In this document: positions 16,267 to 25,937 of the stretch, piece after piece
Position numbering within the stretch: position 1 is the first letter of the stretch
How the letters are laid out: every line of letters begins with the position of its first letter
Source of the DNA: Candidatus Saccharimonadota bacterium
Lineage (GTDB): Bacteria > Patescibacteriota > Saccharimonadia > Saccharimonadales > UBA4665
Reading direction: 5' to 3'
Assembly (NCBI GenBank): GCA_016699955.1
Contig: CP064993.1
Span: forward strand, 720,001 to 752,000
DNA: 32,000 nucleotides
The notes under the pieces: generated by a model
What the model was told of the DNA's origin: nothing
The model's input: only the letters and a program-made list of their open reading frames with translations
Databases searched by the model: none
Program-made: the position numbers and the translations under genes

Positions 16267-18549
16267 ATGAACCACCCCGATCAAGTAGATATACGACTAG
16301 CACCAGTGAGCCCAGGGCTACATATTATTAAAGAGGCCAATCTGGTCGATGGCCGATTTGCTCAAGGCAACGGCATACACAATACGATGAGCTTTGAAGA
16401 AATGGCTAACCTAGGCGAGACACCATTCATGTATAAGGGACGCCCAGCGGCTGTTGAGAGTTTTGCTGAGTTGCAAACGCAATGGATGGACGCCGGAGCA
16501 CTCTTTGTAAGCGACAGTAGCTACCTTATTAGTAACCATTCGACTGGATTGCTGCAAAGAATGACCGATAGATATTGGACTTGTCATAGTGGGCAGCTTA
16601 AGACTTTGGGGTTGGCTTGCACGTGGCGCGGAATAGTGGCTGCAAGGCTTCTGGGTGGAATACATAGCAAAACACTCGAGGGTAACTATAAAGCTGCACT
16701 TAAGGAGTATGGTGGAGAGACTAAACCTGATGGAATTGTGCGAACTATTTTGGGTCAGCGTCCAAGCGTGGATCGAACACTCTCAAAAATAAATGAGGAA
16801 GGTAACTATACATCCTTAGGTTACTTAGAGAAGTATGATGGGCTTGTATTGGAGGAACAAACTGTACTGGCGGAAACGAGTCTTAGGTTTGCCGCATCGG
16901 TATTGACTGCACACCCTGATGTTGGGAAGAGTGCGCGGGTGTTTAACGCTACTACAAACTTAATAAATAATACTTCTACCCCTAAAAATCAGACAGTTAA
17001 GGAATATTTGACTGGGCTAGATGGTCGCCTCGAAAAAGCCTTGCTTCTACTAGAAACTAAGGCCTCCAACGCACCAGAAAGAATGCGGGACGTGTTTGAT
17101 TTGGCAAAAGATGTGATTATTGAGTCTATAGATTTACGCTGTGGTGCACTGACTGATTTCCCCGAAGTCGCGAGCAGCTTTGTTCGGTATGAGCCACTAA
17201 GTGGCGACAGACTTAGGGGTGTACTGGAGGCGTATAATAGCCGCCGGGACCGCCGTCTATTATTATCAAGACAGGATAATTCTCCACGAAAAGCTACCAC
17301 CGAAGGAAGTGAAGCCCTGGCGGCGGCTCGTCAGAAACGGCTAGACGAGGCTGCAAAACGAGCCGCCGAATTGGCTCTGCGAACACAGGCAGAGATGGAG
17401 GCTGACGCGGAAATAAGCGAAAATATGCTTAGAGTAACCTCCGCACAGGCCACTCTTCTCGAGCAGTATACTTTTACGGGGAAAAAGTTACGTTCGTTGG
17501 GTTTCATGGGTAAAGATTCTTTTTCTTATATTTTGCAAAAAGAGACTAGCCAAGTACTTCCAGATTCTGTGCTACAAACATTTGTTGGCTTGCTAGTCCT
17601 TGCCTCAAAAAGCCAAGACGGCGAAAGCTTCAAGAATGAGTTAGTAGAACAGCTCGTGGCTGACAGTAGCCTACGTTCGGAGTATGGGCGTTTATTTGCT
17701 CAACTTAATAGCCGTTCAGGCTATCGTAATGCATTACAGCGTGATTTATCGACCGAGATTGAATGGCTTAGTGACGCAGATAATTTTGCTTCAATACGGA
17801 AGATTTTTGAAATCATTGGGGCGGAAGATTCTCCTTATAATTCTCCATTCGGCAAGGAAGATTGGGGGGCGGCCATAGGAATACTTTCTGACGTTCTAGT
17901 GTACAAACAAGGGCTTACTGCATCTCAGGGCGATGGCGATACTTCGGTACGTGAGGACGACGAAGTACAGGTGGCCTTAGCCACAGGGGAATTGCTAGGT
18001 GACGATGATCAAGGAGACGGTGAGGGCGTGAAATTAGGTGCCGATCCGGCGTCTCCGCCGGATTTGCCTGCTCTTTGGGATAAAAAAGACGTGATTCGCC
18101 AACTAGATTGGGAAATGTTCCCCCCCGATGCGGACATCAATGTGATTAAAGGTTTTACACTGGAGAATTATGGAGACAAGGTTAGCCATAAGATTAACTG
18201 GGGCTACGTAGAAAACTTATTGAAGCTCCGTGACATTTTTGGCGGTGTAGTAGGTCAGACGCTTCCTAGCAGCCTAGGAAAAGGCGGTGTACCATATTAC
18301 GTAGCAGTGCTGTCAGTGGATGGTGAAGAGTTTGCTATCGGTGAGAGCCCGGAGTACGGTAACGCCACTTACGTACTTAGGAGTAAATTGGCCGAGTATG
18401 GTGCTAGCTATAGAGAAATCTTTGAACAGACACGCAGCTTTGCGCGACTTCTTGGAGCAGAACAAGTCGTTCACGTTAATGGGCAGAACCAGTTAATCAG
18501 GATTCGGGACAAAATCCAGGAGCTTTTGTTGCTACAGCCAAAACAGTAG
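16267..18549 (+). CDS. large orphan protein (761 aa), no signal peptide or TM, central coiled coil, acidic linker, C-terminal globular domain
   Basis: Long uninterrupted ORF. The ATG at 16267 lies 9 nt after a TATAAT (16252-16257). The ORF-track start at 16084 lies inside the UUCG hairpin and terminator. I recognise no catalytic motif. Confidence 0.7.
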   Translation: MNHPDQVDIRLAPVSPGLHIIKEANLVDGRFAQGNGIHNTMSFEEMANLGETPFMYKGRPAAVESFAELQTQWMDAGALFVSDSSYLISNHSTGLLQRMTDRYWTCHSGQLKTLGLACTWRGIVAARLLGGIHSKTLEGNYKAALKEYGGETKPDGIVRTILGQRPSVDRTLSKINEEGNYTSLGYLEKYDGLVLEEQTVLAETSLRFAASVLTAHPDVGKSARVFNATTNLINNTSTPKNQTVKEYLTGLDGRLEKALLLLETKASNAPERMRDVFDLAKDVIIESIDLRCGALTDFPEVASSFVRYEPLSGDRLRGVLEAYNSRRDRRLLLSRQDNSPRKATTEGSEALAAARQKRLDEAAKRAAELALRTQAEMEADAEISENMLRVTSAQATLLEQYTFTGKKLRSLGFMGKDSFSYILQKETSQVLPDSVLQTFVGLLVLASKSQDGESFKNELVEQLVADSSLRSEYGRLFAQLNSRSGYRNALQRDLSTEIEWLSDADNFASIRKIFEIIGAEDSPYNSPFGKEDWGAAIGILSDVLVYKQGLTASQGDGDTSVREDDEVQVALATGELLGDDDQGDGEGVKLGADPASPPDLPALWDKKDVIRQLDWEMFPPDADINVIKGFTLENYGDKVSHKINWGYVENLLKLRDIFGGVVGQTLPSSLGKGGVPYYVAVLSVDGEEFAIGESPEYGNATYVLRSKLAEYGASYREIFEQTRSFARLLGAEQVVHVNGQNQLIRIRDKIQELLLLQPKQ

Positions 18550-18551
18550 GG

Positions 18552-19130
18552 TTATAAAAAGCTGCGGGTTTCGGAGGTGAGGGGCGTGCCGTAGGCATAC
18601 TCACTGAGGAGTGCGTTCATTTCACGTGTTAGTTTTGGTAGCTCGCCCCGCTCTGTGGCGTTGAATTTCTGGAGAACGAAGTCGGCAGAGTCTAGCTGCG
18701 GCGGTGTCTTTGGGCCAATACCTACCCGGACACGGCCGTAGTCTTCGCTACCTAGCATTTGCGTCACGCTTTTTATGCCGTTGTGCCCTGCGCTGCTGCC
18801 GCCACGGCGCATTCGTATTTGGCCAAAATCAACGTCAATATCGTCATGCAGCACAATTACGTTATCAAGCGACAGTTTGTAGAAGTGAATCACGGCCTGT
18901 ACAGCTTCCCCGCTGAGGTTCATAAAAGTTGTGGGTTTGCACAAAATCACGCGGGTATCGCCAACTGTTTTTACCGTGGTTAGGCATTTCATATCTGTTT
19001 TGTTCACCCAGGATGTAAAATCGTTTTTAAGAGCAAACTCGTCTAAACATAAAAAACCCACATTATGCCGGGTACCGTCGTACTCCTTGCCAAGATTGCC
19101 AAGTCCGACGATGAGCAGTGATTTATTCAT
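18552..19130 (-). CDS. pth: peptidyl-tRNA hydrolase
   Basis: MNKSLLIVGLGNLGKEYDGTRHNVGF matches the Pth N-terminal signature, and a later GHNG is present. An alternative upstream ATG at 19190 would add 20 aa. Confidence 0.9.
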   Translation of the reverse strand: MNKSLLIVGLGNLGKEYDGTRHNVGFLCLDEFALKNDFTSWVNKTDMKCLTTVKTVGDTRVILCKPTTFMNLSGEAVQAVIHFYKLSLDNVIVLHDDIDVDFGQIRMRRGGSSAGHNGIKSVTQMLGSEDYGRVRVGIGPKTPPQLDSADFVLQKFNATERGELPKLTREMNALLSEYAYGTPLTSETRSFL

Positions 19131-19444
19131 GCCGTATGTGGTGAAGCTGATCCGGCTGCCAATGTCTGGGCGTTTTACAAACAAAGCCATTAGTCGTCAA
19201 CTCTAGTTAGCTGGGATTTTCGATACATGTTTCCATACTACCACGCTTTTTGCATTTTAAAGCTCATGCACATTTTTCCCTCGAAGCACGGAACGAGCCG
19301 TACTTAAGGTCCGGTGAGAGAGTATTAGAAAAGAAAAATGTGCAGGAGATTAAAGAAGCCAGCAGTGCTTGACGGCTCTGCCGGCCGAGCAGGCTGGCTG
19401 GTGCGATATGCGTGACTACAGGCTGTAGGCTACTAACTACAACT

Positions 19445-20855
19445 CTACGCTTTGCCACTGCGGGTTTTGTTTTTGATAATCTTGCGCTGAGTGTCGCTAC
19501 GCTCTGGCTTGGTAGGGCTGTTGCCGTGCTTGTGCCGGCCATCTTTTTCAATGAACCACAGTTGTACTGCTGTGCCAGAAAAGTCAAACTGGGCACGCAG
19601 CTCACGTTCCATAAAGCGCTTGTAACTCCAGTGTAAAAATTTCGTATGGGCGCCGAATACTTTGAAGGCCGGAATGGGGTTGTCGTCTTCTTGTACCATG
19701 TAATTTAGCTTTGGAGCGCGGTTTTTTAGGCCGGCGGGCGGATGTTTGGCGATAACACCTGAAAGCCAGGTGTTTAGCACTCGGGTGGTAATGCGGGTTT
19801 TGCGCGCAGCTGCGATATCGAGCGTGAGGTCAAATATTTTTGTTACGTTTTGTCCAGTTACTGAGCTGGTAAAGATAAGCGGTGCCCACGAGACAAAATC
19901 AAATGTTTGAGCAATTTGGGGGGCGAGTGCGTCGCGTGTGAAAGCATCTTTGCCTTCTACGCTGTCCCATTTTGACACAACCAGTACAAGTCCTTTGCCT
20001 GCGTCTTTGACCATACCGGCAATTTTTTGATCAAGTGCGGTACCTATTTCATTGACGTCTATAAGCAGCAAACAGACATCGGCCTGCTCAATAGCGCTCA
20101 AGGAACGTACAACGCTAAAATGCTCTATGCCAACACCAATTTTACCCGGACGGCGGATGCCTGCGGTGTCCATAAGCTCAATCTCTTGACCGTTGTATTT
20201 CACCGTGGCGCGGTTGATGTCGCGGGTGGTGCCTGCACGGTCGGCTACAATTGCCTGCTGTTTTTTTGCGAGAGTATTGAAAAGCTGTGATTTGCCAACA
20301 TTTGGGCGACCCAAAAGCGCAATACGCAAGCGGTTGTCATTGTCGGCAAGCGTAGCTTTCGGAATGTGCTGGATAAGGCTATCCAGTAGGTCGTCGATGC
20401 CACGTTTTTGGGTGGCGCTGGTTGGAAAAATGGGCTTTATACCGAGGCGTTGGAATCCCTCAAGGTCGCCGCTCCGCGCTCGGTCAACTTTGTTTATAAC
20501 AAGAAAAACAGGTTTTTTACTTCTCAGTGCCAATCTGGCAACACGGCGGTCTTCTTCGCTGATGGCGACGTTTGCTTCCACAACAACCCAAATGATGTCG
20601 GCGCTGTCGGCTGCTTGGATAATTTGCTCTTGGATGGTGAACTCAAAATCATCGGCTGCGTCTTTCATGCCCGCGGTGTCGACGAGCCAGAAGTTTTGTC
20701 CTTGCCACTCGGCTTTGGCGGTGATGCTGTCGCGCGTTGTGCCAGCCTCACGCGCAACAATTGCCCTCTCGTCGGTCGAGGATAGCATTAAACAGACTGC
20801 TCTTGCCCACATTTGCCCGCCCTACTATGGCGACAATCGGTAGTTTTTTAATCAT
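19445..20855 (-). CDS. der: ribosome-associated GTPase Der/EngA, reading frame interrupted by a 1-nt indel near 20764-20766
   Basis: ATG 20855 encodes MIKKLPIVAIVGRANVGKSSLFNAILDRRE (first P-loop) and then hits a TGA. The rest (AIVAREAGTTRDS...DTAG...NKVD, a second GRPNVGKS, KH-like C-terminus) is in the frame of ORF 19445-20812. Confidence 0.85.
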
Positions 20856-20863
20856 TCTTAGAC

Positions 20864-20891
20864 AGTATAACAGAGGTAACGATATTTGCAA
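20864..20891 (-). promoter_or_regulatory. der promoter (TTGCAA-16-TATACT), near-leaderless
   Basis: The minus strand reads TTGCAA-atatcgttacctctgt-TATACT-gtctaaga-ATG(20855). Confidence 0.55.
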
Positions 20892-20973
20892 AAAGACACC
20901 TCAAATTCTTTAATAGTATAAATTGGCGCAGAAGCAGATTTCACAAATTGCAACAAGGTGCTATCATATTTAT

Positions 20974-21534
20974 ATGAAGAGTAATATTCCGCCCAAACCG
21001 TCACTAGCTTTTGGGACGGCGTTGGCGCGTGCAGGCGATATCGTAAACCTGGGAGATCGGTATAGCGCATTATATGAGACTGTACAGCTCGGTGAAACCG
21101 CTATAGATCCGGCGGCTATACCTGTAAGGATGTCTGCATTTTATACTTGCGGTGTTCGACCTCCATATGGTAGAGATGTAGGCACATTCCTGACCATAAC
21201 GGCTCCTGTACATGTAGAATGTTCGCCTGAGGGCCTAGTAGAGTTACATACGAAGCTAGATGAAGCTCTGAAAAATTCAGCCGAGAGAGGGGTGGCATTA
21301 ACAACTGCGACGCCTGACGTGTCGACGCCTCTTGAGGGCGCACCTTCTGGTAGTACGGCTCATCTTAATGTGGAAGCGACTGACCTTGCCCGTTCTAAAA
21401 AAGTGCCGCTTGGTATTATGGCCATTTGGGTTGTCCCGGGTTCCGAAAAAGCGCCAATACAACGAACATTGCAGTCGTTACGGTCGGCGGATCCAAGTGG
21501 TGTTTTGAAGGCTATTAGGAGTACTTTAAAGTGA
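20974..21534 (+). CDS. hypothetical protein (186 aa from ATG 20974)
   Basis: ORF divergent from der. No recognisable motif. The start is uncertain, since the ORF-track start at 20923 is a non-ATG codon. Confidence 0.45.
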   Translation: MKSNIPPKPSLAFGTALARAGDIVNLGDRYSALYETVQLGETAIDPAAIPVRMSAFYTCGVRPPYGRDVGTFLTITAPVHVECSPEGLVELHTKLDEALKNSAERGVALTTATPDVSTPLEGAPSGSTAHLNVEATDLARSKKVPLGIMAIWVVPGSEKAPIQRTLQSLRSADPSGVLKAIRSTLK

Positions 21535-21545
21535 AAAAGCACCAG

Positions 21546-21794
21546 CTAACTACATAATTTGGTTGATGATGCCCATGTGTTAGGCTGTGCCACGTCAACG
21601 CCTATGCCAAACAAATGAATGTTAGCCGAAGCGGGCTCCGCGCAGTAACCAAACATATCGCAATAGTCAGCTTGCTTGCCGGGAGAGCCGTGATGCATGG
21701 CTGGCTTTTTTAACCCCATGCACATTTTCTTTTCCAGTGATCGCTTAACCGTACCTTCCGTGCTACGAGGAGAAAATGCGTGATGTGAGCTCAA
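21546..21794 (-). CDS. small Cys/His-containing hypothetical ORF (TTG start), possibly a gene remnant
   Basis: ORF only. The frame stays open upstream to a TAA and contains several Cys residues. No ATG start and no clear motif. Confidence 0.2.
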   Translation of the reverse strand: MSSHHAFSPRSTEGTVKRSLEKKMCMGLKKPAMHHGSPGKQADYCDMFGYCAEPASANIHLFGIGVDVAQPNTWASSTKLCS

Positions 21795-21939
21795 AGTGGC
21801 AAATGCGTAGTAGCACGGTTCCTTACAAGACGACGAAGCTTAGGCGGCCGTGGTGTTTCTGCTTAGCAGCAAAAGATGCAAAAAACTTTCTTAAGCAAAC
21901 TGGCCAGATGATTGTAGAAAAATTGCTTGACGACCATAA

Positions 21940-22728
21940 CTAGGCTTCATAGGCAGAAACGACAGAGTGCTGGCCAGCACCAAGGGAATGCAGTGAGTAA
22001 GAGCCGAACTTAGTACGGTGGAGGGTGGTGACATTGTAGCCGAGGGCGGAGAGCGTGCGGCGAATTTGGCGATTACGGCCTTCTGTCATAGTAATTTGGT
22101 AAATCGGCACAGACTGCTCAATTGACCTGGGAGGGGCGTTGCCCTTCTCGCGCGACGCACGGCTTTGCCCGTGTCGCCCCTGTCCCACCCCCGTCTTAAT
22201 CCTTTCGCCGCCCGTGCTCTGTGCTTGTGAGTCAATTTTTGTAATCAAGAACTGACTCTTCCCGTCTTGGAGCGTTATCCCGATATCTGTAATCATTTGT
22301 TGATGGAGGGGGGCGAGGGGTTTGTCGAGTGTAACTTCGTAGATTTTAGTTTTTGCGTAGCGCGGATGGGTCAGCTCATTGGCAAGGTCACCGTCATCGG
22401 TAAGCAGCAGAAGCCCAGAAGAGTCTTTGTCGAGCCGCCCAACGGGCTGGAGATGCCGATACTCAGGTGGCAACAGCTCAAAAATGGTCTGACTGCCCTG
22501 CCCGTTCCGTGAACACACGTAGCCGACTGGTTTATTGAGTATGATTGTTGTGGGCGCCTCACGAATGGCCAATTTTACCCCATCGAAGCAAACTGTATCT
22601 GTTGGCTTCACCTGAGATCCAGTTTCAGCGGTATGACCATTTATGGTAACGCGGCCATTAGTAACGGCAGTGTCGGCAGCGCGGCGGCTTAGTGATGTAC
22701 CGGCTGCGACGTACTTGTTTATACGCAT
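21940..22728 (-). CDS. RsuA/RluB-family pseudouridine synthase (S4 domain plus catalytic domain) with an internal Gly/Arg-rich insertion
   Basis: MRINKYVAAGTSLSRRAADTAV is an S4 domain. PVGRLDKDSSGLLLLTDDG is the catalytic Asp motif. GRNRQIRR is present. An insertion of about 40 aa (DSQAQSTGGERIKTGVGQGRHGQSRASREKGNAPP) interrupts the domain. Confidence 0.85.
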   Translation of the reverse strand: MRINKYVAAGTSLSRRAADTAVTNGRVTINGHTAETGSQVKPTDTVCFDGVKLAIREAPTTIILNKPVGYVCSRNGQGSQTIFELLPPEYRHLQPVGRLDKDSSGLLLLTDDGDLANELTHPRYAKTKIYEVTLDKPLAPLHQQMITDIGITLQDGKSQFLITKIDSQAQSTGGERIKTGVGQGRHGQSRASREKGNAPPRSIEQSVPIYQITMTEGRNRQIRRTLSALGYNVTTLHRTKFGSYSLHSLGAGQHSVVSAYEA

Positions 22729-22752
22729 GTAACAAGTATACGTCGTTGAACG

Positions 22753-24348
22753 CTAGAGAGCGATGCTATTTGGATCGATGGCGGTCTGTGTCGGGGCGCT
22801 AGTGGGGCCGGCTGGAGGGGCTGCTGGAGCGGCTGGAGCTGTTGGCGCCGAAATCTGTTGCGACTCATCGCCAACAACAGCATTACTAAAACCGACGGAC
22901 GCTTGTTCCTTTTCAGCTTCTTTTGCGAGGAGCTCACTTAGATTAGGCCCCTGGGTAATGTTGTTAATTGGCCTAATAACCTTTTTGCCGGCGACGTTTA
23001 CCTGACTGTTCTCGGGTTCTGGTGGTGCTTGCGGCGGTGCTGGCTGGTTACTTACAACTATTGGCTGTGCTTGGTCGGGCGAAACAGGATTTTGCGTGGT
23101 TGCGGGGGTTGGGGTTACTACGGACGGTGTGGTTGCCGCGGTGTCTGTAGGCTCCGGTGTTACAGTTACAGCGATCGATTCCGGCGGGATGGGGGTAGTG
23201 TTGTCAGTTTCGGTTACAATGGGTGGTTCTTCGCCGGGAACAATTTTTTGGCTGGGAGGAAGCGACGGCTCAGGCGGTTGGTTCACTGCAGCGGCTAAAT
23301 CATCTACAGCTGCTGTTAGGGTTCGCTCATTAGCTTCGTTTGCTAGAGTATGTGGTGTCTCTGGAAACGGCGCAACTGCTGCGCTGCTTTCTGTCGGAAT
23401 AGTGTTTGCAAAGGCGGCAATTTGCGATGCAACAGTGGCTTCTTCTGCAGCAAGAGTTTGTGCAGTCTGGTCGTCGGTTGAGGGAATGGCTACTTGAGGT
23501 ACGGTGGGTGCTTCTTCTGTTCCAGAGGTTGTCACTGAGGGTACGGTGGGGTTGGGTATATCTGAAGTTGTGTCGGTTGCAGTGTTGTTGGACGCGCCCA
23601 GGACTGGTCCGCTATGTGTCATGATTTCGGGCAAGACAGACTCTGCTGTCTGTGGTGCCGGAGTGGCTGGTTGGGCGAAAGAGAGCGGGTCGGGATCCGA
23701 CACGGTCGCAGTCACAAAACCAGAGTTTGTCTGGGTTGTTGTGTTGTCTGCAGTTATTGCAGGGTCGGCAGTGTTTTGTGCGGGTGCGGGCGCTGCAATA
23801 GCCCCGTCACTCCCAAAATTTGGTGTAGGGAGAAAACCGGGTAGCGACGGTTCTGGCGCTGGTACTAGTGAAGGTGTGGCGACGGTAGGAGCGCTTGTTG
23901 GGTCAGCCGTTACTGGCGATGTTTGTACGGAAGCAGTCGTTGCAGTTGGCTGACTTACGGTAGACGGCGCGACCATAGTAGTGCCACTCAAGAGATCCCT
24001 TACGGAATTTACAATGTCTTCAAGCGTTACCTGAGATTTCACTAGGTATTTATCGGCTCCGAGTTTGTTTGCCCGAGCCTGATCTTCGGCTTGGCCGAGA
24101 GCTGTCAGCATAATAATCTTGGTATTTGCGAGCTCTGGAGTTGCCCGCAGAATATCGAGCATCTCAAAACCGCTTATGCGGGGCATCATAACATCGGAAA
24201 TGATTAGATCAGGGTGGGCTTGTTTTGCTACTGAAAGTGCTTCCTCGCCGTTTTGAGCAGTGACAATGTCGTAGCCCTCGGCCGATAAGCGAGCCTGATA
24301 GATTTCGCGTAGGTTATTGTCATCTTCGACGAGGAGGAGTTTTGCCAC
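22753..24348 (-). CDS. response regulator: REC domain fused to a roughly 400-aa Pro/Thr/Ala-rich low-complexity tail
   Basis: The N-terminal 120 aa form a canonical receiver (LLVEDD...DLIISDVMMP...LTA...KYLVK). The rest is low complexity, apart from a short ordered-looking patch, KKVIRPINNITQGPNLSELLAKEAEKE. Confidence 0.85.
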   Translation of the reverse strand: MAKLLLVEDDNNLREIYQARLSAEGYDIVTAQNGEEALSVAKQAHPDLIISDVMMPRISGFEMLDILRATPELANTKIIMLTALGQAEDQARANKLGADKYLVKSQVTLEDIVNSVRDLLSGTTMVAPSTVSQPTATTASVQTSPVTADPTSAPTVATPSLVPAPEPSLPGFLPTPNFGSDGAIAAPAPAQNTADPAITADNTTTQTNSGFVTATVSDPDPLSFAQPATPAPQTAESVLPEIMTHSGPVLGASNNTATDTTSDIPNPTVPSVTTSGTEEAPTVPQVAIPSTDDQTAQTLAAEEATVASQIAAFANTIPTESSAAVAPFPETPHTLANEANERTLTAAVDDLAAAVNQPPEPSLPPSQKIVPGEEPPIVTETDNTTPIPPESIAVTVTPEPTDTAATTPSVVTPTPATTQNPVSPDQAQPIVVSNQPAPPQAPPEPENSQVNVAGKKVIRPINNITQGPNLSELLAKEAEKEQASVGFSNAVVGDESQQISAPTAPAAPAAPPAGPTSAPTQTAIDPNSIAL

Positions 24349-24401
24349 TGTTGCTGCCTTTTATCGTGTAAAAACACTTATGGTTTATATGTAAAAGTAT
24401 A

Positions 24402-25769
24402 TCACGACAGCTGGTTTGTCGATACCTGCGCGGTTGTGCTTGGTACGACTGTAGTTGTGTTGAGTGGATTGGCGGCTTCTGTGGCCATGAGCTGCTCGGC
24501 TTTTTGAGAGGTTATGCGGGGGATGTTTATATAAAAAGTGCTGCCCTTGCCGAGTTCACTCTCGACCCATATTCGCCCCTGATACAGCTCAACAATTTTC
24601 CGGCATATGAAAAGGCCTAGGCCCGTGCCGCCAATGGTACGCGTGGCGCTATTGTCAACCCGATAAAATTTTTGGAAAAGATGAGGAATGTCTTCTGTTG
24701 GGATGCCGGCACCGGTGTCTTTTACGTACACCTGTACAACGCCATCGTTACCAGTTAGTCCCAAGCTTACCTTGCCCTCCTCGGTGTACTTACAGCTATT
24801 GTCGAAAATGTTTGTAATAACTTCGCGCATACGGTCAGGGTCAACCTGCACGTAGTAGAGCGGCCGTATAACTTTGTTCATGTCTAAGACTTCACCTCTT
24901 TCGCCGCTGGCATCTTTTATAGACGAATTACCAAATAAAAACTCCATGAACAGCCCTTTTTTTTCGGCCGAAAACCGTAAATCCTGAGCGAGCTGCTCGA
25001 GAAATGCGCCCATTTCTACTACTTTTGGATGGTTAGTGAGGCGGCCATCTTCAGCTTTGGCGCTAGTAAGGAGGTCCTGAAAGAGCTGTCCGAGGTGTTT
25101 TGTGCTGCTATGTGCCTTCTCAAGGTAGTCCCGTGCACGGTTGTCAATGATTGCAACCTTTTCGTTGAGCGCCAAGCTGAGGTAGCCTTCTATAGCCGCA
25201 ACGGGCGTGCGCATCTCGTGGCTGGCTGTACTAATAAATTCTGCTCTCTGGTTTTCCTCGGCACGTTCTTCGCTAACGTCGCGAAAAATTGCTACCATAC
25301 CCGTGACGTGCTTGCCACTGTCTACGAGCGGTGACACACTGAAATTGGTGGCAACAATTGTGTCTGCCTTGGTCATTATGCTGAGCGCGTTGTCACGTAG
25401 CGGCTGGCCGGTCGAGAAGGCTTTTGCCAGTGGCGTTAGGTCGGTCGGTATGACCTCGCCTTTGGCACTAACAAACTTCAATACCGAATGCCAGTCCAGG
25501 CCTTGTGCCTCCTGCTTTGTCCAACCAGTAATGCTCGTTGCACCTTGGTTAAAATGCTGAATGATTTGCTGGTCGTCTACAAGGACTACTCCATCTTGAA
25601 TGGCTCCAAGGATGATGTCGGACTTTGCTTTTTCATCACGTAGCGTGCTGGCAAGCTTGCTTGTGGTTGCAGAACCGAGCCCTTTTCGTTTTATAGCAAG
25701 AATCCATCCCATCACCCCCAGTGCAATGCCAACAATCGCCCCACCACCGATAAATATGTATTCTTGCAT
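24402..25769 (-). CDS. sensor histidine kinase (TM, PAS-like, HisKA, HATPase_c)
   Basis: N-terminal TM helix, H-box FISTASHEMRTPVAAIEGY, N-box NIFDNSCKYT, and G-boxes DTGAGI and GGTGLGL. Confidence 0.9.
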   Translation of the reverse strand: MQEYIFIGGGAIVGIALGVMGWILAIKRKGLGSATTSKLASTLRDEKAKSDIILGAIQDGVVLVDDQQIIQHFNQGATSITGWTKQEAQGLDWHSVLKFVSAKGEVIPTDLTPLAKAFSTGQPLRDNALSIMTKADTIVATNFSVSPLVDSGKHVTGMVAIFRDVSEERAEENQRAEFISTASHEMRTPVAAIEGYLSLALNEKVAIIDNRARDYLEKAHSSTKHLGQLFQDLLTSAKAEDGRLTNHPKVVEMGAFLEQLAQDLRFSAEKKGLFMEFLFGNSSIKDASGERGEVLDMNKVIRPLYYVQVDPDRMREVITNIFDNSCKYTEEGKVSLGLTGNDGVVQVYVKDTGAGIPTEDIPHLFQKFYRVDNSATRTIGGTGLGLFICRKIVELYQGRIWVESELGKGSTFYINIPRITSQKAEQLMATEAANPLNTTTVVPSTTAQVSTNQLS

Positions 25770-25937
25770 ACGTTAAACTGCTTACGTATTAGTATCTGTT
25801 TTTTCTCTGTGAAAAGCAAGGTGCCTCTGCCACGGCTCCGTTCTGTTACCTAGACGAAAATCGTCAGATATGGTAACCTGTTGTAGCTCCAAATGATAAT
25901 TATAAGAAGTGAAATAAAAATTGGAGCAAAGTAGCCC

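Noticed and set aside
19264-19605. 113-aa minus-strand ORF between pth and der
   Set aside because: Most of it overlaps the well-supported der C-terminus in another frame. The remainder covers the der terminator-like GC hairpin region (about 19360-19410).
20740-20800. Programmed +1 ribosomal frameshift in der
   Set aside because: No slippery or hungry-codon context and no stop codon at the shift site, unlike prfB-type sites. An indel (sequencing error or mutation) at the GGG run is simpler.
22763-23953. Series of plus-strand ORFs (80-149 aa, Gly/Val/Ala-rich)
   Set aside because: These are antisense shadows of the Pro/Thr/Ala-rich tail of the response regulator, produced by its compositional bias.
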